A DNA stretch of 64,000 bases from Acetobacter sp. (GCF_022483985.1 NZ_JAKVME010000003.1:9442-73441); one strand, 5' to 3'; numbered from the stretch's first letter, positions 31,093 to 43,700 are shown. The notes: a model not told the origin generated them from the sequence alone. Program-made: numbers and translations.

Positions 31093-32042
31093 GCGTCCCT
31101 CCGATCTTCTGAAGAGTCGTTACCGGCTGTTTCCAGTTCTTTTTCAGGTTCCGGAATATGTTCCGGCCCGGCTTCCGGCGTTTCATCCGTCGTGTTGGGA
31201 CCGACGCCCATGTAATGCGCAAAGGCGCCCGCCACTGTGGCGATGAAACCAAGTGCGCCCACAGGCTTGAGCCATTCCTTCCAGCCACGGACAACAGGGC
31301 TGATCGTGGGATTGGCAGGCAGGCGGTGATAGAGTTCAGGCTTATCCGCGTGTGTCAGCACATACATGACGTGCGTGCCCCCAACGCCAGCAGGATCGTA
31401 CAGGCCGGCCCCATCATGCCCGCGGCCTTTGAGTTCCTCCACCCGCTCGGCCGCGAGATCCTTCATTTCAGCCTTGGAGCCGAAAGCGATCGCGCCCGTC
31501 GGACAGGTTTTCACACAGGCCGGTTCCTGTCCCACAGCCACCCTGTCCGCGCAGAGCGTGCATTTATAGGCGCGGTTGTCGGTCTTGCTGATGCGGGGAA
31601 TATCGAAAGGACAACCCGCCACGCAGTACCCGCAGCCGATGCACTGCTCGGACTGGAAATCGACGATACCGTTTGCGAACTGTAGAATCGCACCGGGGCT
31701 GGGACATGCTTTCAGGCAGCCCGGATCCTCGCAGTGCATACAGCCCTCCTTGCGGAGAAGCCATTCCAGCTTATCGCTCTCATCCTCGACTTCATCGAAG
31801 CGGATGACCGTCCATGTTTCCGCCGTAAGATCGGCGGGGTTGTCATAAACGCCCACATTGTGCCCGACCTCGTCACGCAGATCGTTCCATTCGGAACACG
31901 CAACCTGACAGCCCTTGCACCCCGTGCAGAGGGAAACGTCGATCAGTTTGGCGACTTCCGTTTCATGGCTGCGGACCTGAGGCGTCGGAGTAAAACCATT
32001 GGTGGCGGAGCGGCGGATGATGTCCTGTGACTGCATGCCCAT
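31089..32042 (-). CDS. fdoH: formate dehydrogenase iron-sulfur (beta) subunit
   Basis: Multiple 4Fe-4S Cys clusters ([38 protein letters not shown]) and a C-terminal TM anchor. Confidence 0.9.
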   Translation of the reverse strand: MGMQSQDIIRRSATNGFTPTPQVRSHETEVAKLIDVSLCTGCKGCQVACSEWNDLRDEVGHNVGVYDNPADLTAETWTVIRFDEVEDESDKLEWLLRKEGCMHCEDPGCLKACPSPGAILQFANGIVDFQSEQCIGCGYCVAGCPFDIPRISKTDNRAYKCTLCADRVAVGQEPACVKTCPTGAIAFGSKAEMKDLAAERVEELKGRGHDGAGLYDPAGVGGTHVMYVLTHADKPELYHRLPANPTISPVVRGWKEWLKPVGALGFIATVAGAFAHYMGVGPNTTDETPEAGPEHIPEPEKELETAGNDSSEDRRDA

Positions 32043-32053
32043 CGTGATGCTCC

Positions 32054-35000
32054 TCAGGCTTTCTCAACATTGACAAGGAAGGCCTTGAATTCCGGCGTCT
32101 GGGAATTTGCATCGCCTATGGCGGGCGTGAGGGTGTTGGCAAGGAAGCCCTTGCGTGTCGCTCCCCTGAAACCCCAGTGGCAGGGAATACCGACCTGATC
32201 GAGATCGTTTCCCATCACATTGAGGCGCTTGAGCCGCTTGGTGACCACAGCCTTTGCCTCAATGTAACCGCGCTTTGAAGACACGCGCACCTTGTCGCCC
32301 GCGACGACTCCCAGTTTGCCGGCAAGCCGTTCGCCAATCTCCACGAACTGCTCCGGCTGCATGATGGCATTCAGATGCGAATGCTTCGTCCAGTGACGGA
32401 AAAGTTCCGTGATGGAGTAGGTCGTGGCCACATAGGGGAACTGATCCGGACTGCCCATACGGGACATCTCATCGGCAAACATGCGGGCAACAGGATTGTG
32501 CCGGACGACCTTGCCAAGCGCAGGCCCCGTGACAGGACTTTCGGTGGGTTCGTAATGTTCCGGGAACGGGCCATCAGCCATGGACCGGCCGGCAAACAGG
32601 CGCGACACGCCTTCACTCTGCATAATGAACGGCCCGACGCCACTGCCGGGAGGGGAGGTGAGCGGATAGTCAGGCACATCCGCTCCGCCCCAGCGCTTTC
32701 CGTCCCATGAGATGATCTGGCGGCGCGGGTCCCACGGACGCCCCTGCGGATCCAGCGATGCGCGGTTATACAGCAGCCGTCGGTTGGCGGGCCATGCCCA
32801 TGCCCAGCCCGGCGTGTTGCCAAGACCGGTATCGGTGTTATCGCGGCGCGCCATCTGGTTTCCGGCCTGCGTCCAGGAACCGGCAAAGATCCAGCAGTAA
32901 CTGCTGGTCGTCCCATCATCTTTCATGACAGAAAAGTCGGGCAGCAGCTCACCCTTACGCACCACGACCTGACCTGAGGCGTCCTGAATGTCCGCAAGGG
33001 CGTATCCATTGGATTCCTGCGCCACTTCTTCCGGGGTCGGCTCTTCCGGATCGTGGTAATTCCACTGCATGTTCAGCACGGGTTCGGGGCAGGTTCCGCC
33101 TTCCCTCGTGTACAAATCCCGCATCTTTGTATAGATGGTGCCGAGAATACGCCCGTCGCTCCAGGCATCGCCCGGCGGTTTTGCACCCGAAAAATGCCAC
33201 TGAAGCCAGCGGGCCGAGTTGACGATTGAACCGTTTTCTTCAGCAAAGCAGGTGGATGGCAACCGGAAGACCTCGGTCTGGATCTCTTCCGGCTTTGCGT
33301 CGTTGTAGACGCCCTCATTGCGCCAGAAGTTGGAGGTTTCCGTATCCAGCGGGTCGATCGTGACGAGGAATTTCAGTTTCGAGAGCGCTTCGCGCATCCG
33401 GTTCTTGTCGGGCATCGCGGCAAGCGGATTGAAGCCCTGCGCGATGTAGCCGTTAACCTTTCCCTGATGCATCAGTTCGAAGTAGGCCAGCATGTCATAG
33501 CTGCGATCCCATTTCGGCAGCCAGTCATAGCCCCAGCTGTTGTCCGCGGATGCATGATCGCCCCAGAGGGTTTTCATCAGGCTGACGAAGAATTTGGGTG
33601 TGTTGTGCCAGTAATTGACCTCGTTCGGCTCATCGCTCTTCGGTGTCGTGGCCTCCAGATACGTCTCGATTGTCTGCTGACTGTCTTTCGGAAGGTTCAT
33701 ATAGCCCGGCAGACGTGTGGAGAGCAGGCCGAGATCCGTGTAGCCCTGAATGTTCGAATGCCCGCGCAGAGCATTCAGACCGCCGCCAGGCATCCCGACA
33801 TTGCCGAGAAGCATCTGAATCATGGCTGCCGTGCGGATAACCTGCGCGCCGTTTGTATGATGCGTCCAGCCAAGGGCGAACAACATGGTTGCCGTGCGAT
33901 CAGGGACACTGGTGGAGGCGAGTTCCTCACAGACATGCAGGAAATCCTTTTCGGACGTGCCTGTGATCTGCGAGACGAGTTCGGGCGTGTAGCGACTGAC
34001 GTGCTGCCGGAGAAGATTGAGGACACAGCGCGGATTCTGGAGCGTGGGATCTTTTCTGGCAAACCCCTGTTCGTCGCGCTCATAGTCCCACGACCCCATG
34101 TCGTAGCTGCGCTTCGCCGCGTCATAACCGGTGAAGATGCCGTCATGGAACTCGAAGTCTTCCCGAACGATCAGCGCCGCATTCGTATAGGCGATCACAT
34201 ACTCATGCTGAATCTTGTCCTGACTCAGGAGATATCGGATCACGCCCAGCAGGAAGGCCGCATCGGACCCTGCCCGGATCGGCGCATAGAAATCCGCAAC
34301 GGCGGCGCTGCGATTGAAGCGGGGATCAACCACCATCACCCTGGCGGCGTTACGGATTTTGGCTTCCATAACCCATTTGAAACCAACCGGATGGGCTTCA
34401 GCCGGGTTGCCGCCCATGATCAGAACGACATTGGCGTTCTTGATATCCACCCAGTTGTTGGTCATCGCGCCACGCCCGAAACTCGGAGCAAGAGCTGAGA
34501 CCGTCGGAGCGTGACAGAGACGGGCCTGACAATCCAGACCCAGCATTCCAAGGGAGCGGGCAAACTTGAAATCCAGCAGACCGGTCTCATTGCTGGCTGC
34601 GGAAGACGCCAGCATACCAGAACTGAGCCAGCGATTGACCAGTTCGCCTTTCTCGTTGCGCTGGATAAAGTTTTTGTCGCGGTCATCCTTCAGCAGGCGG
34701 GCAATCCTGCTGGTCGCCTCATCCCAGCTTATCCGCTTCCATTCATTGCTGCCCGGCGCGCGATAGGTCGGATATTGCAGGCGGCTCTCGCTGTGGATGA
34801 AATCAACCAGCCCCGCACCCTTCGGACACAGCGAACCACGGCTCACAGGATGGTCCGGATCGCCTTCAATATGGAAGATGCTGGGTTTCGCGTTCTTTGC
34901 GCCGTCACCAAGCGAATACATCAGGATTCCGCAACCGACCGAGCAGTAGGTGCAGTTGTTGCGTGTCTCTTTCGCCCGCAGGAGCTTGTACTGTCGCGTC

Positions 35001-35107
35001 TCCTGCGCATGGGCCAGAGGCGGCGTAAACCCAAGAGCGACAGCGCTGGCACCGGCGATGCAAGCGCCGGTGTTTTTCAAAAAGTCTCTACGCCCAAGGG
35101 TCGTCAT
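32054..35107 (-). CDS. fdoG: formate dehydrogenase-N/O catalytic (alpha) subunit, Cys-type, Tat-exported
   Basis: Tat signal [17 protein letters not shown] from ATG 35107. CTYCSVGCG FeS motif. [10 protein letters not shown] has Cys (tgt, 34514-34516) where the E. coli enzymes carry Sec. Confidence 0.9.
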   Translation of the reverse strand: MTTLGRRDFLKNTGACIAGASAVALGFTPPLAHAQETRQYKLLRAKETRNNCTYCSVGCGILMYSLGDGAKNAKPSIFHIEGDPDHPVSRGSLCPKGAGLVDFIHSESRLQYPTYRAPGSNEWKRISWDEATSRIARLLKDDRDKNFIQRNEKGELVNRWLSSGMLASSAASNETGLLDFKFARSLGMLGLDCQARLCHAPTVSALAPSFGRGAMTNNWVDIKNANVVLIMGGNPAEAHPVGFKWVMEAKIRNAARVMVVDPRFNRSAAVADFYAPIRAGSDAAFLLGVIRYLLSQDKIQHEYVIAYTNAALIVREDFEFHDGIFTGYDAAKRSYDMGSWDYERDEQGFARKDPTLQNPRCVLNLLRQHVSRYTPELVSQITGTSEKDFLHVCEELASTSVPDRTATMLFALGWTHHTNGAQVIRTAAMIQMLLGNVGMPGGGLNALRGHSNIQGYTDLGLLSTRLPGYMNLPKDSQQTIETYLEATTPKSDEPNEVNYWHNTPKFFVSLMKTLWGDHASADNSWGYDWLPKWDRSYDMLAYFELMHQGKVNGYIAQGFNPLAAMPDKNRMREALSKLKFLVTIDPLDTETSNFWRNEGVYNDAKPEEIQTEVFRLPSTCFAEENGSIVNSARWLQWHFSGAKPPGDAWSDGRILGTIYTKMRDLYTREGGTCPEPVLNMQWNYHDPEEPTPEEVAQESNGYALADIQDASGQVVVRKGELLPDFSVMKDDGTTSSYCWIFAGSWTQAGNQMARRDNTDTGLGNTPGWAWAWPANRRLLYNRASLDPQGRPWDPRRQIISWDGKRWGGADVPDYPLTSPPGSGVGPFIMQSEGVSRLFAGRSMADGPFPEHYEPTESPVTGPALGKVVRHNPVARMFADEMSRMGSPDQFPYVATTYSITELFRHWTKHSHLNAIMQPEQFVEIGERLAGKLGVVAGDKVRVSSKRGYIEAKAVVTKRLKRLNVMGNDLDQVGIPCHWGFRGATRKGFLANTLTPAIGDANSQTPEFKAFLVNVEKA

Positions 35108-35465
35108 AAGGGATATCCTGCTACCCTGATCAATAAGTCGGATAGCATATATCTGAAATTTATTGAGATTGTCTTTGATACGGATCATAAAAAAGTGATT
35201 TTTATTCAGAACAACAGGAAAACACGCTTCTTTTATCTATATTTCTCTGTATATAGTTGTGCTGCCGGACCGGAACCGGCCAACATAACCACAACTTCTC
35301 AAACCGGCTATTTTCCTCATATTCAGAGAACCGACGGACACATCAACACGTTGGCCGGAAATTTCAGTGTCGTTCAGAGGTCAGAGGTTGCAACGGTGAC
35401 GACGTTCGCAGCCGAAACAGTCATATCCATCACCGTTATCGTGCTGTCCGTGCGAGGTCGAATGC

Positions 35466-35600
35466 CTCAATAAGCATCTGTTCCGTAACATCGCCCACGC
35501 ACCGACGGTCATCGCGGACTGGCGGGCCGACTACAACGCCGTCAGGCCCCACACCAGTCTCAATGGCATGACCTCAGATGCTTTCGCTCAACACGCCGAC
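35466..35600 (+). mobile_element. IS3-family transposase C-terminal scrap
   Basis: Translates to LNKHLFRNIAHAPTVIADWRADYNAVRPHTSLNGMTSDAFA, which matches the end of the rve integrase-core region (W-R-x-D-Y-N-x-x-R-P-H). Confidence 0.65.
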
Positions 35601-35635
35601 AAGGCATTCGCCAGCTACCGCTGCCCGGATCACAG

Positions 35636-36352
35636 TCAGACTGACAGAAAGCGCGTCAACTGATCGATATCCGCGTCTGCTCGTGTCGTTTCATGCACGA
35701 TACGACCGCCTTCAATCACGATGATCCGATCCGCGACATCCAGTGCGAAACTAAGCACCTGTTCCGACACCATGATCCCAAGCCCACTTTCATCGCGAAT
35801 TCTGCGGAGTGTTCTGGCCATATCCCGGATGATCGAAGGCTGAATTCCCTCGGTTGGTTCGTCGAGCAGCAACAGTTTCGGCTCTGTCGCCAAGGCTCGG
35901 GCAATGGCAAGCTGCTGCTGCTGGCCACCGGACAGGTTGCCTCCTCTCCGTGTCCCCATTTCCTTCAATACCGGAAACAACGCATACAGCCTTTCGGGAA
36001 TGCTCGATTTTCCACGCACGAATAATCCGGTTTCGATATTTTCTTTCACGGTCATCGCCGGAAAAATCATCCGTCCCTGTGGCACATAAGCCAAACCGGC
36101 CTTTACGCGCTCACAAGCCGCCAGCGAAGCCAGTTCCGTCCCTTCCAAGCGGATTGTTCCTGACCGGATGCCCATATTGCCAATCAGGGACTTCATGAGC
36201 GTGCTTTTACCCATCCCGTTTCGTCCCATCAGGACCAGTATCTCGCCCTGAGCGATCCGCAGATTGATGCCATGCAGGACTTCGCTGGCTCCATAAGCGA
36301 CGTGAAGGTCGCCTACATCCAGCAACGTGCCCATAACCGGAGCCGGGGCCAT
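35636..36352 (-). CDS. urtE: urea/short-chain-amide ABC transporter ATP-binding protein (UrtE-like)
   Basis: Walker A GRNGMGKST, signature LSGGQQQQLAIARAL and Walker B LLLDEP. Start at 36352, or 36334. Confidence 0.8.
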   Translation of the reverse strand: MAPAPVMGTLLDVGDLHVAYGASEVLHGINLRIAQGEILVLMGRNGMGKSTLMKSLIGNMGIRSGTIRLEGTELASLAACERVKAGLAYVPQGRMIFPAMTVKENIETGLFVRGKSSIPERLYALFPVLKEMGTRRGGNLSGGQQQQLAIARALATEPKLLLLDEPTEGIQPSIIRDMARTLRRIRDESGLGIMVSEQVLSFALDVADRIIVIEGGRIVHETTRADADIDQLTRFLSV

Positions 36353-36359
36353 GCCGCTT

Positions 36360-37106
36360 TCAATGCCCAAGATACACCTCCACAACTTTAGGATCATTTT
36401 TCACATGCTCCATGGAGCCGTCTGATATGATGCGTCCCTGGTGCAGAACCGTGACCTGATGGGCAATTTTCTCGACAAAACCCATATCGTGCTCAATGAC
36501 CAGAACCGAACGTGACTGGATGATACGTTGCAGCAGTTCCGCTGTGCGTACACGTTCGCTGATTGTCATGCCTGCAACCGGTTCATCGAGCATCAACAGC
36601 GCCGGATCCTGTATCAGCAGCATACCGATTTCCAGCCACTGTTTCTGGCCATGACTCAACCCGCTGGCCTGCTGATCCAGTTTGTCATCCAGATAGATCA
36701 TCGCAGCAATGTCGTTGATCCGTTCGAGCATGGCCCGGTCCTGCCGGAAAAACAGAGCTTCGAAGACTCCTCGACCGCGGGGATAGGATATCTCCAGATT
36801 TTCAAACACCGTCAGATCCTCATAGACGGAAGGCGTCTGAAACTTCCGCCCTACGCCTGAGCGCACGATGTCGTATTCCTTCATCCGTGTCAGTTCGCGT
36901 CCAGCGAAACGGATGGACCCGGATGTGGCTGCCGTGCGACCACAGATCAGATCCAGAACCGTCGTCTTGCCCGCGCCGTTCGGCCCGATGATGACGCGGA
37001 TCTCGCCGCGATTGATACGGAATGACAAATCATCAACAGCCTTGAAGCCATCGAAAGAAACGCTCAGTCCTTCAACTTCCAGAAGGGGTTCGTTCGTTGT
37101 TGTCAT
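36360..37106 (-). CDS. urtD: urea/short-chain-amide ABC transporter ATP-binding protein (UrtD-like)
   Basis: GPNGAGKTT, LSHGQKQWLEIGMLL and LMLDEP, with the UrtD-type N-terminus LLEVEGLSVSFDGFKA. Confidence 0.8.
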   Translation of the reverse strand: MTTTNEPLLEVEGLSVSFDGFKAVDDLSFRINRGEIRVIIGPNGAGKTTVLDLICGRTAATSGSIRFAGRELTRMKEYDIVRSGVGRKFQTPSVYEDLTVFENLEISYPRGRGVFEALFFRQDRAMLERINDIAAMIYLDDKLDQQASGLSHGQKQWLEIGMLLIQDPALLMLDEPVAGMTISERVRTAELLQRIIQSRSVLVIEHDMGFVEKIAHQVTVLHQGRIISDGSMEHVKNDPKVVEVYLGH

Positions 37107-37118
37107 GCTGGTCTCTCC

Positions 37119-38282
37119 CTACGCCTTTTCATCGGTGGTGCTGGAGATCCTGCTGCCCAGCACGCTCAGAAAGCGGTCCACATATCGGTCGAGGTGAGTC
37201 CGGTAGAGGCTGGCAAGACCACCGGGAAGAAACAGCACGATTCCGATGAACAGTCCCCCCATCGCGAAGGTCCAGAGTTCGGGGAGCGATTCTGAAAAAC
37301 TCGTTCGTGCCCAGTTGACGATCAATGTGCCGTACACCGCTCCGAACAGGGAGTTCCGTCCGCCGACCGCACAGTAAATGACCATTTCGATGGACGGCAC
37401 GATCCCGACGAAGGTCGGCGACATGAATCCGACTTCCAGCGTGAACAGGGCGCCACCGATACCGGCCATGGCCGCGCAGAACGCAAAGATGAAAATCTTG
37501 AAGTTCGCCACATTGTATCCGGAAAACCGGACCCGGTCTTCCTGATCCCGTATCGCGCGCAGGATACGGCCCAGCTTACTGCGCCGCACGAAACGGACCA
37601 TCAGCATGCAGACCAGCAGCAGAACCGCGCCGACGTAATAAAGGACCAGTTTCGCGTGGTCACTCTGGATATCCCAACCATCCAGAGTTCGCAGATCGGT
37701 AATGCCGTTGACGCCACCGGTATAGCCCTGCTGTCCGATGATAAGGATGGTCAGGATCGACGCGATAGCCTGTGTGATGATTGCAAAATAAGTGCCACCC
37801 ACACGGCGGCGAAACATGGCGATGCCAATGACCATGGCCAGAAGCGTCGGAACTGCCAGCACGGCCAGAAATGTGAAGGACAGGCTGTGGAATGGTTTCC
37901 AGAACCACGGCAAGGCTGTGATCTGGTTCCAGTCCATGAAATCGGGAATCCCCGGAGTGGACTGACTCTTGGTCGCTTCTGGTGTCGAGGCCTGGAGTTT
38001 CAGGAACATCGCCATGCAATACCCGCCAAGGCCAAAGAATATTCCCTGCCCCAGACTGAGGATTCCCGTGTCGCCCCAGCAGGCGACCAGCCCGATGGCC
38101 ACGAAGGCATAGGTCAGATATTTTCCGACCAGCGTCAGGCGAAACGCATCCAGCCCCGCGGGCAGCACGACCAGAAGAACCACGGCGAGGATACTGAAGA
38201 ACAGGATATCCTTGCGGTTCTGAAGGGAAAGCATGTCTTTCTCCCGAAATATGGAAATTTTGGCCTGAATGCCCTTCGGCAT
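37119..38282 (-). CDS. urtC: urea/short-chain-amide ABC transporter permease (UrtC-like)
   Basis: LivM/UrtC-like multi-TM protein. ATG at 38282 (TTG at 38288 and ATG at 38234 are also possible). Confidence 0.75.
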   Translation of the reverse strand: MPKGIQAKISIFREKDMLSLQNRKDILFFSILAVVLLVVLPAGLDAFRLTLVGKYLTYAFVAIGLVACWGDTGILSLGQGIFFGLGGYCMAMFLKLQASTPEATKSQSTPGIPDFMDWNQITALPWFWKPFHSLSFTFLAVLAVPTLLAMVIGIAMFRRRVGGTYFAIITQAIASILTILIIGQQGYTGGVNGITDLRTLDGWDIQSDHAKLVLYYVGAVLLLVCMLMVRFVRRSKLGRILRAIRDQEDRVRFSGYNVANFKIFIFAFCAAMAGIGGALFTLEVGFMSPTFVGIVPSIEMVIYCAVGGRNSLFGAVYGTLIVNWARTSFSESLPELWTFAMGGLFIGIVLFLPGGLASLYRTHLDRYVDRFLSVLGSRISSTTDEKA

Positions 38283-38284
38283 CT

Positions 38285-39235
38285 TCAACGCCTGACCTTG
38301 ATGGCAAACAGACCCTGCGGACGGATCATCAGTATTCCCACGACCGTCAGCAGAACGACCACCTGCGCCATTGAGCCGTTGAAGAAGAATTCAAGGATTG
38401 AACGCACCTGCGAAATGCTGAAAGCCGAGGCTATCGTGCCACCCAGACTCTCCGTCCCACCGAAAGCGACTACCAGAAACGTATCCACGATATACTGCTG
38501 TCCCGCCGTCGGGCTGGTGGAGCCGATCATGGTAAAAGCTGCACCGGCGACGCCAGCCACACCGCAACCAAGCCCGAATGTTGTGCGATCGACCCGCTCG
38601 GTATCGATGCCAACCGCACCGGCCATGGTCCGGTTCTGCATCACCGCCCGCACCTGCTTGCCCCAGCCGGAACGGTAGAGAAGCGCGTAGACACCGCCGG
38701 TAATCAGCAACGTCAGAGTGATGACGATCATCCCGTTGATCGGAATCTGGATGGTCTCGGTCAGGTCCCATGACCCCATCATCCACGAGGGCAGCGTCAC
38801 GCCGACCTCGCGTGCGCCGAACGTCGAACGCAGAACCTGTTGCAGGATCATGCTGACGCCCCAGGTTGCAAGCAGCGTGTCGAGCGGCCTCTTGTAGAGA
38901 AAACGTATCAGTGACCATTCCAGCAACATCCCGATTCCACCAGCAACGATGAAGGCCAGAATCACGGCGAAGAAGAAGTAAAGGCCGAACAGACCGGGCA
39001 ACCATCGCTCGAATATCTGCGAGCAGACATAGGTCGTATAAGCGCCCAGAATCATGAATTCGCCATGCGCCATGTTGATGACGCCCATCTGGCCGAACAC
39101 GATCGCCAGTCCCAATGCCATCAGGAGAAAAACCGAAAACAGAATCAGTCCGGCGAAACTCTGCATGACGAAGATCGACGCCAGATCGTTGATCGAATAT
39201 CCCGCGAACATCGAGATCCTCCTGATGAAGGACAC
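38285..39235 (-). CDS. urtB: urea/short-chain-amide ABC transporter permease (UrtB-like)
   Basis: LivH/UrtB-like. 316 aa with the INMAHGEFMILGAY motif. Confidence 0.8.
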   Translation of the reverse strand: MSFIRRISMFAGYSINDLASIFVMQSFAGLILFSVFLLMALGLAIVFGQMGVINMAHGEFMILGAYTTYVCSQIFERWLPGLFGLYFFFAVILAFIVAGGIGMLLEWSLIRFLYKRPLDTLLATWGVSMILQQVLRSTFGAREVGVTLPSWMMGSWDLTETIQIPINGMIVITLTLLITGGVYALLYRSGWGKQVRAVMQNRTMAGAVGIDTERVDRTTFGLGCGVAGVAGAAFTMIGSTSPTAGQQYIVDTFLVVAFGGTESLGGTIASAFSISQVRSILEFFFNGSMAQVVVLLTVVGILMIRPQGLFAIKVRR

Positions 39236-39307
39236 ATGGCCGCGACACAGGCAGACACTGCCTGAACGCGACCTATGACATGAAAAATATTTCTGTAATA
39301 AGGGTTT

Positions 39308-40570
39308 TTACTGATACCCGACCGGGAAAGGATTGGGCTCGATCAGATCGGGCGTCTGATAGATGACATTGAACTGTCCGTCCGTCCGGGCCTGCCCAAC
39401 CAATGTGCGGCTCCACAAATGATGGTTTTTGGCAATGCGGACATACCCTTCAGGCGCATCCTTGAATTCGATCCCCGGTGATGCGTCGATAACCTTGTCG
39501 ATATCGAAAGAGCCAGCTTTTTCGACGCTCATTTTCCAAAGCCACGGCCCCAGATAGGCGGCCTGAGTCACGTCGCCGATTACGCTGTTCTCTCCCCACA
39601 TTTTCTTGAAGGCCGCGACGAATTTCTGGTTTTCCGGAGTCGCGATACTCTGGAAATATTTCATGCAGGCGTAAGCACCGGCGATATTTTCACCACCGAT
39701 ACCAAGAATTTCGTCCTCCGTGACCGAAATGGTCATCAGATTATGTTTCGACAGATCCAGTCCAGCGGCTTTCAGCTGCTTGTAGAAGGCGACATTCGAA
39801 CCGCCAACAATGATCGCGTAGATCACGTCGGGCTTCATGAGCTTGATCTTGTTGATGACTGAATTGAACTGCGCATCGCCAAGAGGGAAATACTCCTCTC
39901 CCACAACACGTGATCCCTTCAGATGATTTTCAATATGCTTGCGTGCGATCTTGTTCGCGGTGCGCGGCCAGATGTAGTCCGACCCAAGCAGATAATACGT
40001 CTTGGCGTTCTTTTCCTTGGAAATCCAGTCCAGACCTGCCAGAATCTGCTGCGTCGCTTCCTGACCGGTGTAGATCACGTTGCGGGACTGCTCCAGTCCT
40101 TCGTAAAAAGTCGGATAGTAAAGCAGCCCGTTGTAATGCTCGAAAACCGGCAGTACCGCTTTGCGCGAGGCAGAAGTCCAGCAGCCGAATACTGAGGCGC
40201 ATTTATCGTTTTCCAGCAATTTGCGCGCCTTCTCGGCGAAGGTCGGCCAGTCGCTTGCGCCATCTTCCTGAATAAATTTGATCTTGCGTCCCAGAACGCC
40301 GCCCGCCTCGTTGATCTGCGCGATCGCAAGCTTCTCGGCTTCAACCGACCCTGTTTCACTCAACGCCATCGTACCGGTGATGGAATGCAGAATACCGACA
40401 GTCACACTGTCGTCGGTGACGGCCAGACCGCTCTTGTTGATCAGCGCCGTGGCCGGGGTATCCGCTCTGGCCAGACGCGGCATCAGCGCACCGAGGGGGA
40501 GCGCCGACATGCCCATCAGAACCCTGCGGCGACTGGATTGCTTGTTCAACGGATTCTTTCTGTCAGGCAT
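39308..40570 (-). CDS. urtA: urea/short-chain-amide ABC transporter substrate-binding protein (UrtA/FmdD-like)
   Basis: ATG at 40570 (MPDRKNPLNKQSSRRRVLMGMSALPLGA..ARA signal). Type-I periplasmic binding fold sequence (VGILHSITGTMA, YYPTFYEG). Confidence 0.8.
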   Translation of the reverse strand: MPDRKNPLNKQSSRRRVLMGMSALPLGALMPRLARADTPATALINKSGLAVTDDSVTVGILHSITGTMALSETGSVEAEKLAIAQINEAGGVLGRKIKFIQEDGASDWPTFAEKARKLLENDKCASVFGCWTSASRKAVLPVFEHYNGLLYYPTFYEGLEQSRNVIYTGQEATQQILAGLDWISKEKNAKTYYLLGSDYIWPRTANKIARKHIENHLKGSRVVGEEYFPLGDAQFNSVINKIKLMKPDVIYAIIVGGSNVAFYKQLKAAGLDLSKHNLMTISVTEDEILGIGGENIAGAYACMKYFQSIATPENQKFVAAFKKMWGENSVIGDVTQAAYLGPWLWKMSVEKAGSFDIDKVIDASPGIEFKDAPEGYVRIAKNHHLWSRTLVGQARTDGQFNVIYQTPDLIEPNPFPVGYQ

Positions 40571-40646
40571 TATCTGTTCACCTTCGCTGCAAGTGTTCGT
40601 GCTCTTGGGACGACCAGACAAGAATTCAGGATCGGGTAGCGCATTT

Positions 40647-40665
40647 TCCATACGTCGATTGACGT
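40647..40665. promoter_or_regulatory. candidate operator, 7-2-7 palindrome TACGTCG-AT-TGACGTA, in the urtA / kinase divergent region
   Basis: ccatacgtcgattgacgta. The same 19-mer with one mismatch recurs at 46132-46150, upstream of amiF. Confidence 0.6.
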
Positions 40666-40786
40666 ACCAGGACGGAAGCAAAAGACGCTTCTTTGTTCTG
40701 GTTTCGATATGTAGAGTGATGCCAACCGGATGCCTGTCCTGTTCGGCCGTACGGAAAGGCGCATGTTTCCACATCAACGGATCATT

Positions 40787-43700
40787 ATGTCGCGTCGCAG
40801 CTACAACCGCTGGGTCGCGGACGAGACGATGGAAGACTACGCCTTGCGTTTCACGCCGGGTTCGGCCCGGCGCTGGTCATTACCGGGCGTCGCCAACACT
40901 GCTTTTGGAGGCGTGTCATTTCTGGCGCTGGAAATGATCGGCGGTCTGGTGTTTCTGCAATACGGCTTCACCAACGCAACGTTGGCGCTGCTGATCGGCG
41001 TGGTGCTGATTTTCCTGCTCAGTCTCCCCATCAGCTATCATTCGTCGCGCTGCGGTATTGATATCGATCTGCTCACGCGCGGAGCGGGCTTCGGCTATAT
41101 CGGATCGACACTGACCTCGCTGGTCTACGCATCGTTCACCTTCATGTTCTTCGCCATCGAAGGCGCGATCCTGTCCGATATCCTGAAACTGAGTCTCGGA
41201 ATTCCGCTCTGGCTGGGATACATCCTGTCCACACTGGTCGTCATACCCATCGTTGCACGCGGCTTCACGCTCATCAGCCGGTTTCAGGCATGGACAGTCA
41301 TACCGTGGCTGGCGCTTCAGCTTTTGCCCTTCGTGGTTATCGCGTGGCGACAGCCTGATGCAGCGGCTGGGTGGTCGCATTATGCGGGACAGAATCCGTC
41401 CATGCCCCGGCTGATGGGAATAGGGGCTGCTTTTTCCATCATCTTTTCTGTTGTCACCCAGATCGGTGAGCAATCGGATTTTCTGCGCTTTCTCCCCGTC
41501 CCGCAGAATGGACGACAGAAATGGGCGTGGTGGACGGTCATTCTGACCTGTGGCGCGGGGTGGATCTTCGCGGGCGGACTGAAGATTCTGGCGGGTATGT
41601 TTCTGGCCTGGCTGACACTGCGTCACGGAGAGCCCTCCGCCATCGCACAGCAACCGACGACAATGTATCTGATGGCGTTCAGGCAGGTAACAGCCCACCC
41701 CGGCTGGGCGCTCGCTCTGACCACTCTTTTCATTGCGTTATCCCAGATCAAGATCAACATCACCAACGCCTATGCCGGGTCGATAGCGTGGTCCAATTTC
41801 TTCTCGCGTGTCACCCACAGCCACCCCGGTCGCGTCGTGTGGCTTGCGTTCAATGTCGGACTCGCCCTGCTACTGATGGAAATGGACATCTACAGCACCA
41901 TCATCAGTCTGCTGTTTCTGCATTCGACCGTTGCGGCCTCATGGATCGGTGCATTGACGTCCGATCTGGTCGTCAACAAGCCGCTGGGGCTCAGTCCGCC
42001 GGGGATCGAATTCCGTCGGGCCTATCTGTACGACATCAATCCCGTCGGTATCGGCGCCATGACCGGGGGCATCGCGGCGGCGGCGGCTCTCTACCTTGGG
42101 GTGTTCGGTCCCGCCTTCACTGTCTTCGCCCCGATGGCCGGACTGGTTTGCGCTTTCTGTCTGGCGCCGCTTATCGGTTGGGCAACGCGGGGCCGGTACT
42201 ATCTGGCGCGACGTCGCTTCGTCCCGCCGGTGAACGCTAACCGTTATACCTGTGTCATCTGTCAGAACAGTTTTGAAGGCGAGGACATTGCCCGCTGTCC
42301 CGTCTATGCGGGCTTCATATGCTCGCTGTGCTGTAGTCTGGATTCACGCTGCCGTGACGCCTGCAAGCCGGATGGCGCACGTCTGAGCGGCCAGATCGCA
42401 TCTCTGGCGCGCGCACTGCTGCCGAAGGCGATCATGACACCCAACTTCGGGATCATCTGCCGCTATCTGGCCATTCTGTTCGCGCTGATGGTCTGTGCCG
42501 GCGGCGTTCTCTTCGGACTGTATGCTGCGATCGTGCCATTCGCCGCTGTTCAGTCATCCGGACTATACGCGGTTTTCTGGAAGACGTTCTTTCTGCTGCT
42601 GCTGCCACAGGCAGTGCTGGCATGGTTCGTGGTCCTGAACCAGCGAAGCTATCGTACGGCTGAAGACGAAAACCGTTACCAGACCAGACTGCTGATGAAA
42701 GAAATACGGGCTCACCGTCGCACTGACCAGCAACTGAAAAAAGCCAAGGAGCGTGCAGAATCGGCCAACCTGTCAAAAAGCCGTTTTATGGTCGGCGTAA
42801 ATCATGAAATTCGCACTCCACTCAATTCGATAATGGGATATGCCTATCTGCTGGAAAACCGGATGCTGACACCGGCACGACGTGACGAGGGGTTGAAGAT
42901 CATCCAGCGCAGCGCCGAGCATCTGAGCGGCCTGATCGAGGGGCTGTTCGACATCTCCAAGATCGAAGCAGGCCGGATGGATGTGCTGCACGAAAAAATC
43001 AACCTGCGCGACTTCCTGCGGCATCTGACGGATATGCTGCGTTTTCAGGCCAATCAGAAAAACCTTGATTTTATTGAGGATATTCCAGACACGATCCCGG
43101 ATTACGTCATCACCGACCAGCGTCGGCTGAGGCAGATTCTGATCAACCTGCTGTCAAACGCGATAAAATTCACCAATCAGGGATTCGTTTCATTTTCAGT
43201 CCGCTGGGGGACTGAAATTGCGACATTCGAAATCCGGGATAGCGGAATCGGTATCCCGGAGGAGGACATGGAGCGTATTCACGAACCATTCCAGCGGAGT
43301 TCTCACCCGAATTCCCATCGTATTCCCGGAACCGGTCTGGGGCTGACCATAACGCGCCTGTTAGTCCAGATTCTGGGAGGAGAGTTGACGATTTCCAGCA
43401 AGGTCGGACAGGGGACCTCCTGTCGCGTGCGCTTGATGCTGGCCAGCGCTCAGTCTGATGCAGGAACGGTGCCGCCGATCAGCCTGCTGACGGAAACGGG
43501 ATCAATGGCAATGGGAAAACGTCGGCCCAGCGTCTTCGTCGTCGATGACGATCCGATTCATAGAGGCATGATCAACGATGCTCTGGAGCCGCTGGGCTTC
43601 GTGGTCTATTCTGCCTCCAATGGACAGGAATGTCTGGATATCGCGGCTCATGCTTCGATCGACCTGTTTCTGCTGGACGTCAACATGCCTGGCATGAGCG

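Noticed and set aside
33467-34498. 343-aa plus-strand ORF, and similar long ORFs at 28351..29478, 37656..38678, 38391..39248, 9004..9807, 40916..41698 and 59059..60016
   Set aside because: All lie inside, and antisense or out of frame to, strongly supported genes (fdoG, moeA, urtB/C, aas, the kinase, the trb genes). They are high-GC shadow ORFs.
34514-34516. Looked for an in-frame TGA (selenocysteine) and a SECIS element in the formate dehydrogenase alpha subunit
   Set aside because: The codon at the position equivalent to Sec (..[10 protein letters not shown]..) is tgt (aca on the plus strand), and the 1044-codon frame has no internal TGA. This is a Cys-type enzyme with no recoding.
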